DNA of 64,000 bases from Sphaerodactylus townsendi (taxonomy: Eukaryota): the NCBI RefSeq assembly GCF_021028975.2, contig NC_059428.1, forward strand, positions 91,264,001 to 91,328,000. The letters are read 5' to 3'. The notes below the pieces were generated by a model that worked only from the letters and a program-made list of their open reading frames with translations, was not told the DNA's origin and ran no database searches. This document shows positions 50,533 to 62,650 of the stretch, piece by piece (the first letter of the stretch is position 1; every line of letters begins with the position of its first letter). The translations under genes and the position numbers were made by a program.

Positions 50533-51435
50533 TAAGAACATAAGAAAGAGCCTGCTGGATCACACCAGAGTCCATCTAGTCCAGTACTCTGCTACTCGCA
50601 GTGGCTCACCAGATGCCTTTGGGAGCTCACATGTGAGATGTGAAACCAATGGCCTTCTGCTGCTGCTGCTCCCGAACATCTGGTCTGCTAAGGAATTTGC
50701 AATCTCAGATCAAGGAAGATCAAGATTGGTAGCCATAGATCGACTTCTCCATAAATCTGTCCAAGGGCCTTTTAAAGCTATCCAGGGTTGTTTCTGCACA
50801 GCCAAGGGAGAGAGCCTGCATCGGCATTAATCATGCCGATGCAGGCTCTGGGGCGGTTCGCACAAACGGCCCCATGGGATGCGCATCTGTTGGAGCAAGC
50901 TCCACACAGCCGCATATTCCCCTCCCTGGCCCCAAACACCTCCTTACCTTCTGCTGGCAGCCATCACTCTGTCGTCACTCTGAGGAGAGAAGGGGACACG
51001 CCTCCATGGCCAGAGCGACGGCTGAAGCATCGGAGGCCAGAGGGCGTGTTCCTTTCCCTCCTCAGAGTGATGACAGAGTGACGGCTGCCAGCAGAAGGTA
51101 AGGAGACATTTGGGGCCAGGGAGGGGAGGGGAAAACACCGGCTTCCACCAGCTGCCATTCGCATGGCAGCAGATGGAAACCGGAGTTTGCAGGAAAACTT
51201 GCTCCCCAAGCAAGTTTCGAAAACACCGTTTAGGTGGGCACAGAGCGCTGCTGCATCGATTTGGCAGTGGCACTTGTGTGAAGGGTCCCCACCAAAATGG
51301 TGTTTTACCGGGCTGAAACTGTTGCTTTCAGCCCGTGCAGAAACCGCCCAGGTTTGTGGCCAGCACCACCTCCTGTGGCAGCATATTCCAAACACCAATC
51401 ACACGTTGCATGAAGAAATGTTTCCTTTTATTAGT
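50533..51435 (-). mobile_element. CR1 3' end split by a Harbinger MITE
   Basis: taagaacataagaaagagcctgctggatcacacc 3' terminus; ttttaaagctatccag|gtttgtggccagcaccacc rejoins across the insertion. Confidence 0.85.
50786..51348. mobile_element. PIF/Harbinger-type MITE with long internal hairpin
   Basis: TIRs GGTTGTTTCTGCAC...GTGCAGAAACCGCC; TSD CAG; inverted repeat ~50917-51127. Confidence 0.88.
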
Positions 51436-52011
51436 CCACCTTACTTACCTTAATTGGCTGTTTCTTTTGGACTTTTTGGTGGGGTCTGGGGGTTGCTTAA
51501 AGCTCACCCCTCCTGCCTTGCTGAAGCAGGCTGTCTCTCTTCTTCTTCCTTCCCTGGACTCTGCATGACCTGTGTGCTGGTTCCAGGACAACAAATGAGA
51601 GAGCTCCTGGTGGAGAATGGAGATTCTCTCCCAGCCAATGACTGTGATGCATTTCTGCAGGGAGTGACCTTTTTGCAGACCTTGCACCTTTAGAAAAAGG
51701 AGCAGAGAGGGGTAAGAAAGCTTCCAGTGGTCAATAAAGTGCGAGCATAACTGCCAACACTGCTTCATGGCTAATCAGGGAATGTTTTTATTCCCTGGAA
51801 TATTTTCAGACATCTGGATTTTGGGTGCCTGGCTGACCCAAACAGTATAAATTACAGTGCTGGTTCCTAGCCACCCCATTCTGTTTCAGACTGAGGTAGA
51901 GCAATAGTTCAGAATTTCCACTGAACCTGTCCTCCCTCTTTGGAGAACCTGTCTTCATGGGATGCTACCAGCCCTCTGTCCATCTCCTGGTAGTCATCCT
52001 AAGGTGACCAA

Positions 52012-52729
52012 GGGAAAGCTCCCGTGACTTACTGGTAAGTTGTACTCGGTTTCTACTCAGTGTTCAACTCAGTGTAATCCGCGACTACAACCGGAAAGCT
52101 CTCGACGCTTGTCTTGTCTCTGTTCCCTCCACTCGAACTCAAGCTGACATCCCTGTCGCGAAAGTTATGAACCGCTACTCGCTGGTGGAATGGTCGGTAA
52201 GGTCGATATCGCCTCGAAGCTTCCTCAAATGCGGACGCATCGTAAACGTATTTAATCACACATCCACTCAACCAATCAGGAGCCACTTCTGTTTCCTCGT
52301 GACAGCGCGCAGAACGGAGAGTCATGACGGCAGAGAGCGCTGCTTTTTTTAATACGAAGTTTCCCCGCACGCTTCAAAAGCTATTTATATTGAGATCGTT
52401 TCAAAGCCGATCGACAAACTGGAAAAATTTTGGCGCCTAAAGCTTCTCAGAGTCTCTGACTGCGACCGTGAAGTAGTTCAGCGACATCAATGCTAGCATA
52501 GCTGCTTAATGCATGGCGAAACTGTAAAAAAAAACAAAGAACGTTCCCGTTTCCCGCCGTAACACAAGCGCCAATCACGATCGAGGAGCGAAACAGGTAC
52601 CAAGATGATCCCGCCCACTTAGCTCGGTTCCAGGGGGCCAAGGAAGTTGCTGTGCGGACAGCCAGGAATCGCCCCCCATTGAAGGGAACCGAGTCGACCT
52701 TCACTCCCTTTTGTAGTGCGGAAAGCCCC
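52012..52729. mobile_element. PIF/Harbinger-type MITE (inverted relative to the 20728 copy)
   Basis: Right TIR AGTGCGGAAAGCCCC; TSD CAA; 52540-52729 closely matches the reverse complement of 20728-20920; left half indel-rich. Confidence 0.85.
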
Positions 52730-53070
52730 CAAGACTGCACTGATTCTAGGATACAATTAGATAGAAAAGGATCCATATAAGATAGTGGTTTCAAGCTTTA
52801 GCAATATGAGCACACCTATTTTGATTTTTAAAATCAAGCTTTTAAAAGTAAGCTTTTTGCCACTTTCCTTTCATGTTTCAAAACTATACAGTGATAACCA
52901 CAGCAGCTACACTTTGAAAACAAGATGAATCAAAATATTTTATTGTCCATACATTGCCAAAAGATCAGATTTCAGAAGGTCTATAATTCTATACAGCCAA
53001 AACTCAAAAGGCCCTGACCCAAGTTCTAATCAATCTTGTACCTTCATTAGAATGGGCTTTCAACTTAGAA

Positions 53071-53240
53071 CAGTGGTTCTCAACCTTCCTAATGCCGCGA
53101 CCCTTTAATACAGTTCCTCATGTTGTGGTGACCCCCAACCATAAAACTGGTATATATAAAATATAAAAACACTATTTTCCGATGGTCTTAGGCGACCCCT
53201 GTGAAAGGGTCATTCAACCCCCAAAGGGGTCGCGACACAC
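53071..53240. mobile_element. SPIN/URR1-type hAT MITE, one end truncated
   Basis: CAGTGGTTCTCAACCTTCCTAATGCCGCGACCCTTTAATACAGTTCC...TTTTCCGATGGTCTTAGGCGACCCCTGTGAAAGGGTC. Confidence 0.88.
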
Positions 53241-53435
53241 AACACAACAACAAATTCTTACTGGTGGATAACTTCTAGTCAAAGTCTTGCTGAACATAGA
53301 TAGGAAGGGGCTTCGAAAAACCTTCAGAAGTCCTTATAGAAATGCAAAGAGAAAAAAAGATCGGTGTCATACAAAACTTGAACTGATTGTATTCAGCTGA
53401 AACTTTCAATTCCTATTGCTGTCTGTCAACAAAAA

Positions 53436-54199
53436 GGTCAATTCCCCACGATCAATTAATCGCGTGATACTCATGCAAAATATCAAGGATTCAGGAAGAA
53501 CTCCCCACTGCCTGACCGACAAACAAGGATTCATCCCGGTTCTGGTGTTAGTTCTCCCCCTTATCACGTGTTTTTTCAGAACCTGCATGTAAGTGCACTT
53601 TTTTTAAAAAAAAATGTCCAATCCAGATTGGTGGGGAGAATCAGGGTTTGAATGTAGATTTGTTTTTCCAGCCGTAGGGAGTGACGTGGAGCCTTCCAGC
53701 CAAACAGAGTGAGGCAGGCTGTGCACAATGCGCATACAGACCTTTTTTTTTTGTTTCATGCCAGCGGAGGCTACGTGGCATTGTTTAAATGTGGGCACGA
53801 TGAGCAGAAGCTGTTTAAACATGGGCACAAGGAGCATAAATTGTTGAAATATGGAAAGGAGGAGCAGAGATTGTTGAAACAGGGGCATGAGGAGCCAATC
53901 AAAAGAAAGCGGCATAGGCAGGGAGATTGTGCATATGCTTCTATGTGCTTATGTAACTACGTATTTTTGCGCCAATTTTTTTTAAGTTCCTGTCCCAACA
54001 CAGCACAACAGCCAATCAGAATAGACCTGCCAAGCCAATCGCGTGTTTGTGGGGAGCATAACATTGTTTGAATCCGTGATAGGCATCCATGCCTTCACTA
54101 GAAACATACTGCAGTGGAAAGGGAAAAACCTCTATGAAAAGGTGCCATTTCTTTTGAAACTGTGGTATCTAGATTTAATTTCTCAGCGGGAATTCCACC
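53436..54199. mobile_element. PIF/Harbinger-type MITE (relative of the 12243 copy) with internal 30-bp tandem repeat
   Basis: GGTCAATTCCCCACGATCAATTAATCGCGTGATACTCA start shared with 12243; end GGGAATTCCACC. Confidence 0.8.
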
Positions 54200-54519
54200 A
54201 ACAAAGAGTGTTGCACATCTCTATGGTGAAAACCATTGCACAGAAAAAAAAACAGGGGCAAACCCCCTGGATTTTATATCTGAAGTAACTATAATGACTA
54301 TGTTAGAATGGTAGCTCCTTGATGACATTTAACCATTTAGAATTCCTGGACTAAGCTGTTGTTATGGCAACCAATCGATGTATTTTCTTGTTAGTGTTTT
54401 ATCTGAAGGATAAATGACTATATGAGGCACTGGCTCTGAGTTCATATCTTTCAAAAAAGAAGGAAATCCATTTCACCTCCATTCACCTCCATTGATTACT
54501 AGAAAACTGAAATGGTTCT

Positions 54520-54637
54520 GTCGAACACAGCCGGATTCAACTGGTTCTGGCGGGTTTTCCAGGCTGTGTGGCCCAAATCCACCAGACCACAGCCACCAGA
54601 CCACAGCCACAAAGCCCGGAAAACCTACCAGAACCAG
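54520..54637. mobile_element. Fold-back Penelope pLTR mini-insertion
   Basis: Inverted pLTR pieces 54540-54573 / 54606-54638; 12-bp flanking direct repeat TGAAATGGTTCT. Confidence 0.75.
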
Positions 54638-55141
54638 TGAAATGGTTCTTTTTTTATATTACACTCTGGCTATCAACAATGACAATTAACATAATATATG
54701 AAGGTATATACATTTAATCAAAAAAAGTGTAGACCATTAAGGAATGACTTGTATATAACAAAATGAGGAATCTACATCCCAATACATTAAAAACCAAATC
54801 AAAGAAGGGCACAAGTATGTGTCAGTATAAGTATCATTAGCATGTTGAAATCTAGTCCATAGAATTCAGAAATGGGTTCCCATGTAAGTGCCATTTTGGG
54901 TCACATTTCCACTTCATTAGTGTTATTGTTTATGCTTGCCAATAATGGGTACACAAATTCCAGACATTTAACTTCAAGTTAAATTAGAGATTCTCCGATT
55001 TGATGTGTTCCTGCTATCTAGGCTAAGCTGCAAATATCTCAGAAAGGATCTGGTTCTTACTGTACTAGGATGTGGATTACTGATTTTGTTGCATACAACT
55101 GATTCCTACCTTTAGTACCATCTGAAGCTACCTTTACTATT

Positions 55142-55264
55142 TGAAGATGCCAGCCACCGATGAAGAGGAAACATCAGAAGAAAATGCTACTAGAACATGG
55201 CCATACAGCCCGGAAACCACACAACATCCCAGTGATTCCAACCGTGAAAGCCTTCGACAATACA
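55142..55264 (+). mobile_element. Penelope pLTR 3' fragment
   Basis: tgaagatgccagccac...gaaagccttcgacaataca matches 44038-44160. Confidence 0.85.
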
Positions 55265-55378
55265 TTGATTCCTTACACTTCGTTTTGATTAAATGTATGT
55301 ATCTTCACATATATTAATTGGCATTGTTTGTAGTCAGGGTGTGGTAGGTCCTAATTGTTGTTCTTAATCAGTTTCCAC

Positions 55379-55748
55379 CAGAGGTGGGATCCAGCAGGTT
55401 CTCACAGGTTCCCGAGAGTAGGTTACTAATTATTCGTGTTTGCCAAGAGTAGGTTACTAATTGGTCATTTTGCCATGTGATTTTTGCCTTAGTTACGCCC
55501 CTCCTCTCAGCAGTAGCGTGCAGAACTTGAAGCAGTCTAGCAGGAAGTGCACCGGCGTGCGTGGCAGCCTGCGCCTGCGTGCATTCGTTTCCCACCCAAA
55601 GACCGGCACAGCGGCTGCGTCCTTGCCACAGTCCTGCCCAGGAATGCCCCGCCCCATCATGCCCCGCCCAGCCCCATTGGCACTACGCCACAGCTTGAAT
55701 CCCACCACCATGGGAACCTGTTACTAAAATTTTTGGATCCCATCACTG
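55379..55748. mobile_element. hAT MITE
   Basis: TIRs CAGAGGTGGGATCCA...TGGATCCCATCACTG; perfect 8-bp TSD GTTTCCAC. Confidence 0.9.
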
Positions 55749-57989
55749 GTTTCCACCACACTAATTTTGTATATGAAGTTTGTTGGACTAGCTTCTCCAA
55801 GCTCCTTATTTACCAGTTTCACAAACTAAAATATATCTATCAAACACAAACAAGCAGAAACAGTGGTGCCACCCAGGAGATTCAATGTGCTGTTCAAACT
55901 GGGCAATGATTTTATACATAAAAATATTTAGCAAATTCATTTCAATGAGATCAAGGTGTACAAGTGTTCTACTGGTACTGATAGATACTTATGCAGACAA
56001 TTATGTTTGAATATATGCCTCAGTGCTCATTAATGATGCAATGAGGGAAGCAAATAAGCCCTTGGCCAAAGTCCAGGGTCTAATGTGTGGATATCCTGCA
56101 TGTCCATGTATGTATAAACTCCTCAATTGATATGGTGACATATGGGAGTTGTGTGGCAATAGGAACTGCTTAAATAACATTTACAATGAGACCTTTCTTT
56201 GAATTCAATGATTATCTTTGGCCTACCTTCAAAAGCAAAGCCATGTGTTCCTTTTCTTTTTCCACAGAATGGCACATCATGTAAATGCTTCACCATTCAT
56301 CTGTTAGTAATTACAATGTGTTTTGCTACTGAATAAACACCATCTTAAAATGAAAAGAGTGAGAATGAGTTTAAAGAAGTGTCCTTTTGGGGGTTCTTCC
56401 TAGACAATCACTGATTATATTAATCCTGCCAATAAAGATGGGGTGCTTTGCTTTCAGAATAATGGACTTCAGGCAAACTGTTTTACAAGGCAGTTGCATT
56501 TTTATGGGAAATTCATTCCAAACAGTGTCAGTTTAAAACAAAAAAGGCATTAATGTCAGAAGCAAAATTGCAGACTGAAACTAATGCTTCAGGGTAAAAA
56601 CTAGTTATTGTGTCTTTTTGATGAGTCTCAGCTGCAAGAGTTTGCTGCTAAGTAATGAAGCATAAATTTTTTTGGGAGCAGAAAAGCTGTACTGCCATCC
56701 AAACTACTCAAAAGTTTAAGTTCTCTTTTACCCATTAGTCTCTATGGCCTGAATCCAAGGAACCTCCCAACTCTTTGCATGTGTCCAAGGATTGTTGTTT
56801 GAACAACATATTTCCTTATAGAGAATGTGCTTTAAAAAGTTTGTGTTGTGGTTTCAAGGAATAGCCATCAGCACAAATTTCACATTCAGAATTGTGATGC
56901 TTTGGATTTAGAATTTTAAAATTTTGGAATGTCTATGTAGTTCAATTAAAAAGTTTTTCTTCGCCTCCTGACCTTTCCCAGTGACTATGTTAACCCCAGA
57001 AAGCTCAGGTGATATGTTAAATACATAACAAAAGCCACACTTGACAATGCTTAGGCACTGGGCAATGTCTATAGTCTGAGCATTCAACTTCCTGAACAGT
57101 ATAAGTGTCACCAGAACAGTACTGGGTGTGGTACACTGGAGGCCAGCTGGTTCTAGAAGTGGGCAAATACCATAGGCATCAATGGCGGGCATATTGGAAT
57201 GGCAAACAGTATGTAAGAGAAGGACTGGGAAATATGACCAACAGCAGTCAGCTGAACATAGTCAAGTGTGCAGGCAAGGTCCTACAGCAGCAATTAGAAA
57301 AAGGGATAGGGCAGCAACAAAATGCGGCAGACTGAAGCATGACATGCCCTGCCCTTATGAGTATGGATTGGCATGTGCTGCTCATAAAGGGTGGTGGGAG
57401 GCTTACAATTTTTTCCTTAAAAACCAGTTGTTTCACACATCCAATGTGGATTGGCAATGGTACCCATTTGAAAGAACAGGTCTTCTTTGGGCCAACATTT
57501 TGGTGGGCAGGACACAGCTCTTATCGCCACTTTAAGCAGACTTCCCCAAACAAACTCCTTCTCTAACCAGGAAGCCAGAGGTCAATCTCTGTTCATTTGG
57601 GTGTAGATAGAGTTTCAGTGGACAGCAAGGTCAGTTATTCCCACCCTTCAGTACCAATGTGAAAGAGCAGGCATTGCTCTCACCCCTGTCCTTTGACAAA
57701 TTCATAGCTGTACTAATCTGGAAAATATGTTTTGTGACTCGTTGTCAAGAGAATGTTTCTGTTCTCCATCTCCTTAGGCTGCACATTTTCCCTTTCTAAA
57801 CTGAGAGATGTGACCTTTCATACTTTTTAAATAGAGGTTAGGCTCTTGGGCCTACTTTTCCTGTAAGTTACTCTTCTCAATCTTTCCCCAGCAAGACTTT
57901 TGCCAAAGTTGATAGGATAGAAACCATAATTTTTGCAGCCTCCCAAACTGAAAACTACAATTCCCATCCACCTCAACAATCTAGCATAC

Positions 57990-58645
57990 TAAGAACATAT
58001 GAAGAGTCCTGCTGGATCAGACCAGCATCTTGTCCCAACTGGACAGCCAACATACACGCAAAAGCCTTTCTATTGATTGCCTGCCTCTGAATGTGGAGAT
58101 TCCCTTTAGTTGCTATGGCTAGTAGCCATGGAAAGACCTATCCTCCATGAATCTGACAAATCCTAAGGCCATCACTACATTCTGCAGCAGTAAATTCCAC
58201 ATTTTAATCACTCGTGTAAGAAAGGTTTCATTTTATCCATCCTGAATCTATTACTGATCAACTTGGTGGGATTCTCTTGAGTTCTAGTATTCTGAGAGAG
58301 GAAAATGTCCACTTTTTCTATTCCAGGCATAATTTTATAAACCTCTATAATGTCCCCCCTTAATCCCAAACTCTTCAGCCTTTTATCATAGGAAAGGTGT
58401 TCCAGCCCTTTAATCATCTTTGTTGCCCCATTCTGTTCTTATTCCAGCTTTGCGGTGTCCTTAAGATATGGTGACCAGAACTGCACACAATATTTGAAAG
58501 GAGGCCACACCATAGGTCTACATAGAAGCATGACAATGTGAGCTGTTTTTAGTTTCAATCCTTCCTAATAATCCCCAGCAGAGAGTTTGCCTTTTCACTG
58601 TTGCAGCACACTGAGTTGACACTTTCATTGAGCTATCCCACTCAA
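57990..58645 (-). mobile_element. CR1 3' fragment
   Basis: Minus-strand peptide MIKGLEHLSYDKRLKSLGL..RGDIIEVYKIM; 3' terminus taagaacatatgaagagtcctgctggatcagacc. Confidence 0.85.
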
Positions 58646-58664
58646 CCAACTTATGTAGATTCTC

Positions 58665-58855
58665 CTTTTCTGCTACCAACCTCGAAAAAGAGACCGGTCC
58701 CAGCCGACGCAGCCTCTTATAGGCTGCCCGGCCCCTGGCACATGTCAGTTCCCAGCCACGTGACTTCCTCGGCCAACCGGCTGGGAGGAGGCGGCATTGC
58801 ACTCCTTCCTCCCCCGCCGCAACAGCGCCACCAGGCTGAAGCCTGGGGTGTGATT
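58665..58855 (-). mobile_element. Fragment of the same GC-rich terminal repeat as 2981-3170 (DIRS/Ngaro-like)
   Basis: Reverse complement aligns with ccccaggcttcagcc..ggcgc..ttgc.gcgggggaggaaggagtg...gcagcct.taagaggctgcgtc.gc. Confidence 0.65.
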
Positions 58856-61748
58856 TACTAAAAGAAAAAGACAGCAGTTTTATACATTAATAGAAGGTAC
58901 ATTTTAAGCTACCAAAGATTGTTCTTTTGTGATGCAGAGTTTTAAATAGTTGTAATTTGCGTCAAAACTTTTGGATTATAATTTTAGCTTTTAAAAATTG
59001 ATAGTGACAACTTTATGCACTGGTTTGTTTCTTTCTCTCCCCAGTCTTTTTGGTTATCTAGTCTGTTTGGGACTGAAATTTTCTTCCCTTCTCTTTTTTG
59101 TTTGTTTTCACTGTTAGAAGAATTGTTTGCCAGCATCAGCTCATGAGTGTTGTGCTGAAAAAATGCACCTCTACATTATGCAAAATTACTAGAAAAGGGT
59201 GGCTTCACTCACAGATATACTAAATCAGACAACACTTTCTCCACATGGCTGAATCTGGTGGACGTGTCAGACTATGGAGATACATTTTCAGTTGTCTGAA
59301 ACAACCACTATTTTTCATTCCCTCATGCATTTAGTTCTGCACTATAGTAACATTTTCCTATACATTGAGATCATCTGGTTTCAATTTATATGTATTTCTG
59401 AAGAATAAAGGGTTTCAGTTTGAAACAAAAGCATAAACGTGTGGGAAATGTTTTCCTTGACTGAACTGTTCACTTACTACATGAATATGCAACTGAATAT
59501 TCAAACAAACCCCCTCTTTTTCAAAAGCTGTAAAATAATTGGGAAACGACTTCCAAAGTTGTCACTTAGATGCTCATCATCCCACGTGACACATACTTGT
59601 ATTCTGAGTGTGAAATTCTAACATCTTTGCACATTTTAAAGAGAATACACTAAACCCAGACTCACAAATGTCATAGAAAACTGAATTAGAATTGTACCTG
59701 TTATGGCAACATGCTAAAAATTGGAAAGTACTGAAATATTGGTTTGGACCCTGTCTAAGATTTCCATGGACAGACTTCTGTGCATGGAAGTGTACCTCCC
59801 CTGCAACACAACCCCAAATGCCTCCCCCCCCCGCAAATAGGTGACCCCTTGAGCCGCATGTGGAGGAGTTAGAGGGCTGCCAGAGGAGATTAAGAAAAAC
59901 TGTCTCCCTTGCTTGCAAGGATTGTTTTTTACAAGTTTGAACTTATGGCTGTATATATTGGAATTCAGAATCTGGCTTCAGCATTCAAGAACAGCAAATG
60001 ATGATACTGCTATGAGTTTTCAGTCTATTTAATGAGCAGTCTTTGTACATTGTTTGGCAGCTTCCCATTAAACCTCTTCTAGGCATAATAGTGCTAGTGG
60101 GGAGCAATTATGGTATGCCATGATGTAGACAGAAGAATGGTTTTCTTTTTCTTAATGAATGGTTAGAGCTCTTCAGACTGAGCATACCACTGAGGAAAAC
60201 AGTTTCAGCAATATTACAATGATACTGTAAACATCCTATAGATGGAGCAAGCAAAATGGTGATCCAGGCTGCTTCAGCCTATTTCTTGCTGTTTTAAAAA
60301 TTACATTTTCCCCTTCTTCTTACGCCATCAAGGCAGCACATATATTCTCCTACTAAACTTGAAAATAATTATAGTGTGAAGTGCTGGCCTGAATCCAATC
60401 ACAAAGTTCTGCAGACTTAAGAGCACTTTGATTTCTGGCAAATTTTCCCTCTACTTCAGCCTACTGAACCCCCTCCCCGAAAACATTGTTTTGGGTGGGA
60501 TGAACTGAAAGGAACAGCTTGAGGGGAAAGATGTTCTACAATGGGAGGGAAGAATTGGTGGAAATTGCTGCCTTCTCTTCTGAGAACTTGTGTCCTTAAG
60601 ACTTAGGAATGCTTGATTGGATACTATCCAGAAGAATCCTAGTAAGATTCAACATTGAGTGGGACTTGGTTTCCTAATTTTAGCAGCAACCTACTACACA
60701 ACAAATGTTTTAAAGTTTTTAATGTTGCTGCCTTGGGGACCCTATTTGGGAAGAAATATGTAATCGGCATATTTTAAATGAATAAATAAGATGTGAATCA
60801 TTTTGTTTTTTGTTGGGGGATATATATATTATTCTATTATTGAATAGGGTATATATAAGAAAACTTATATTTACGTTAATATTGTGTCATTTCTGAATTT
60901 TTAAAAAAGAAATCATACAACTTGTGCCTGATTAGAGGGTAGAATCAGACTCCCAACTGGGCAAAATCTATAGTATATATTGCTGCTGAAAATTGGTTCT
61001 TTGCTGCAAAACCTGAAGCAGGAAGCAAGTTCATGTATGCATTAATTGCTCTCTAAAAATGGCTCATTGAAATGTTTTTCTGCTTCCTCTCGGAACCCCT
61101 TCCCTAGCAATGTCATTTCCCCTATCATCATACACAATATCTGCTTTTTCTTGTCTTGGATGGTTTCTGTCAAATGAGATTCCCCTGTGTGGCCACCTCC
61201 TGATTAAACAGATGTTATGGCACATAGTTTACTCAGCACAGATGTCAAAAACATTTTAATGCCTTGGCCAATCATGCAGCAAATATGTGACCAGCTTGAA
61301 TAGCTTTCCTGGTACATTTGCTTGTGAACAACTGTCCTCCTGTCTATGACAATTCCTATTTCCTCACAGTTAGCAAACCCCAACAGGTCTTCTATCTTTG
61401 TTTCCCACAGTAGCAAAACCTACAACACTTTTTTTGTTTTCATTACTGTGGACTTAAATATTTTAGTTAATTCCTTTTCTCTTTGATAGCAATGAATGTA
61501 CTTAGAGATTGTTTTCTGTTAATGATCTTTTAAGATCTTCTGATCCACTTGTATCCTTTCATTGCTGGTAGTCTTTTGTTACTATTTGTAATGTATTACC
61601 AGCTATAAAATTTTAGTTTATTGATATAGGTAGTGACAGCCCTTCCTATCTTGAAAAGCGATCCCACTGTGGGTCTACATGCAGCTCTTCTTAGTTTGAA
61701 ATACACATTTTAAAACTGAATGAAACAGTGAGGAAACAATTTTTACCC

Positions 61749-62650
61749 TCAGATTCTCAGATCCAAAACAGGGCAAATGTTCCCTCTGTTAAAGGTCTTC
61801 ATTACTTATTCTAAGAACACTGTAAGGCATGTTACAGATGAGTCAGTTCTGACCAATCTCAGATCCAAAACCAAGCAAATGTTTTCAAATTTTCAGGAAC
61901 AGATTAGACTGTTATGGTATAGAAGCTGAAGTTCATATTTCTACTCTATTATGAAGCTCACTGGGCAATTTTGAGCTATTCTTCAACTCTCAATTTAATA
62001 TACGGAAGGGGGTTAGGAGAAAGTGTCCACATGCACTGCCCCAAGTTTCTTGAAGAATGGTCAGGATAAAACATTAATAAATAATTATAATAAGCTGGCC
62101 TTTGTTATGATAATGAAGTTGAGTCCTTGTCTGTACCAAGCATGTGAGAAGGGACACATTTCTGCGATGGATTCAGGTACATGTGTAAGTACATGTTAGT
62201 TAGAATCTGTCATCACCCTAAGACAATGGTTAGTGGGAAGTTGTACATTGAAAAGAATTCAGCCATTTTTTTGTCTCTAGTGATAGAATAAGAGCAGCTT
62301 CACATGTGCAGTTACTGTAATGAAATCATGGGGATGTTGTGTGCTACATATTTTTACCTAGATATGAGAATTATACTTGGATGTATGGCTTGTGTGTGCA
62401 TGTGTGGCAAGGTTAATTTTTTTCATGGCCTTTTAGCTCCTGCATGTAACAATAGATGGTTGACCATCACATGTGGGAAATGCACATGAATTGCATGCTT
62501 ATTTCTACACTGGACAAGAAAGGAATTTTGTTATATATGCAGTAGTTCTGACCAATCAGATTCTCAGATCCAAAACAGGGCAAATGTTCCCTCTAACAGA
62601 AGGTCATTACTTAGTCTAAGAACACTTTAAGGTGTGATATAGATGAGTCA
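61749..62650. repeat. Dispersed/tandem ~107-bp direct repeat (61749-61845, partial 61846-61883, 62545-62650)
   Basis: Shared tcagattctcagatccaaaacagggcaaatgttccctct...attactta.tctaagaacact.taagg...agatgagtca. Confidence 0.9.

Noticed and set aside
53709-54071. ORF with a 10-aa repeat as a novel repeat protein
   Set aside because: It is explained by a 30-bp minisatellite inside a MITE; there is no promoter or splice support.
61749-62650. CRISPR-like or prokaryotic repeat-spacer system (also the 53781 repeats)
   Set aside because: No regular repeat-spacer periodicity, no cas genes, and the context is vertebrate.
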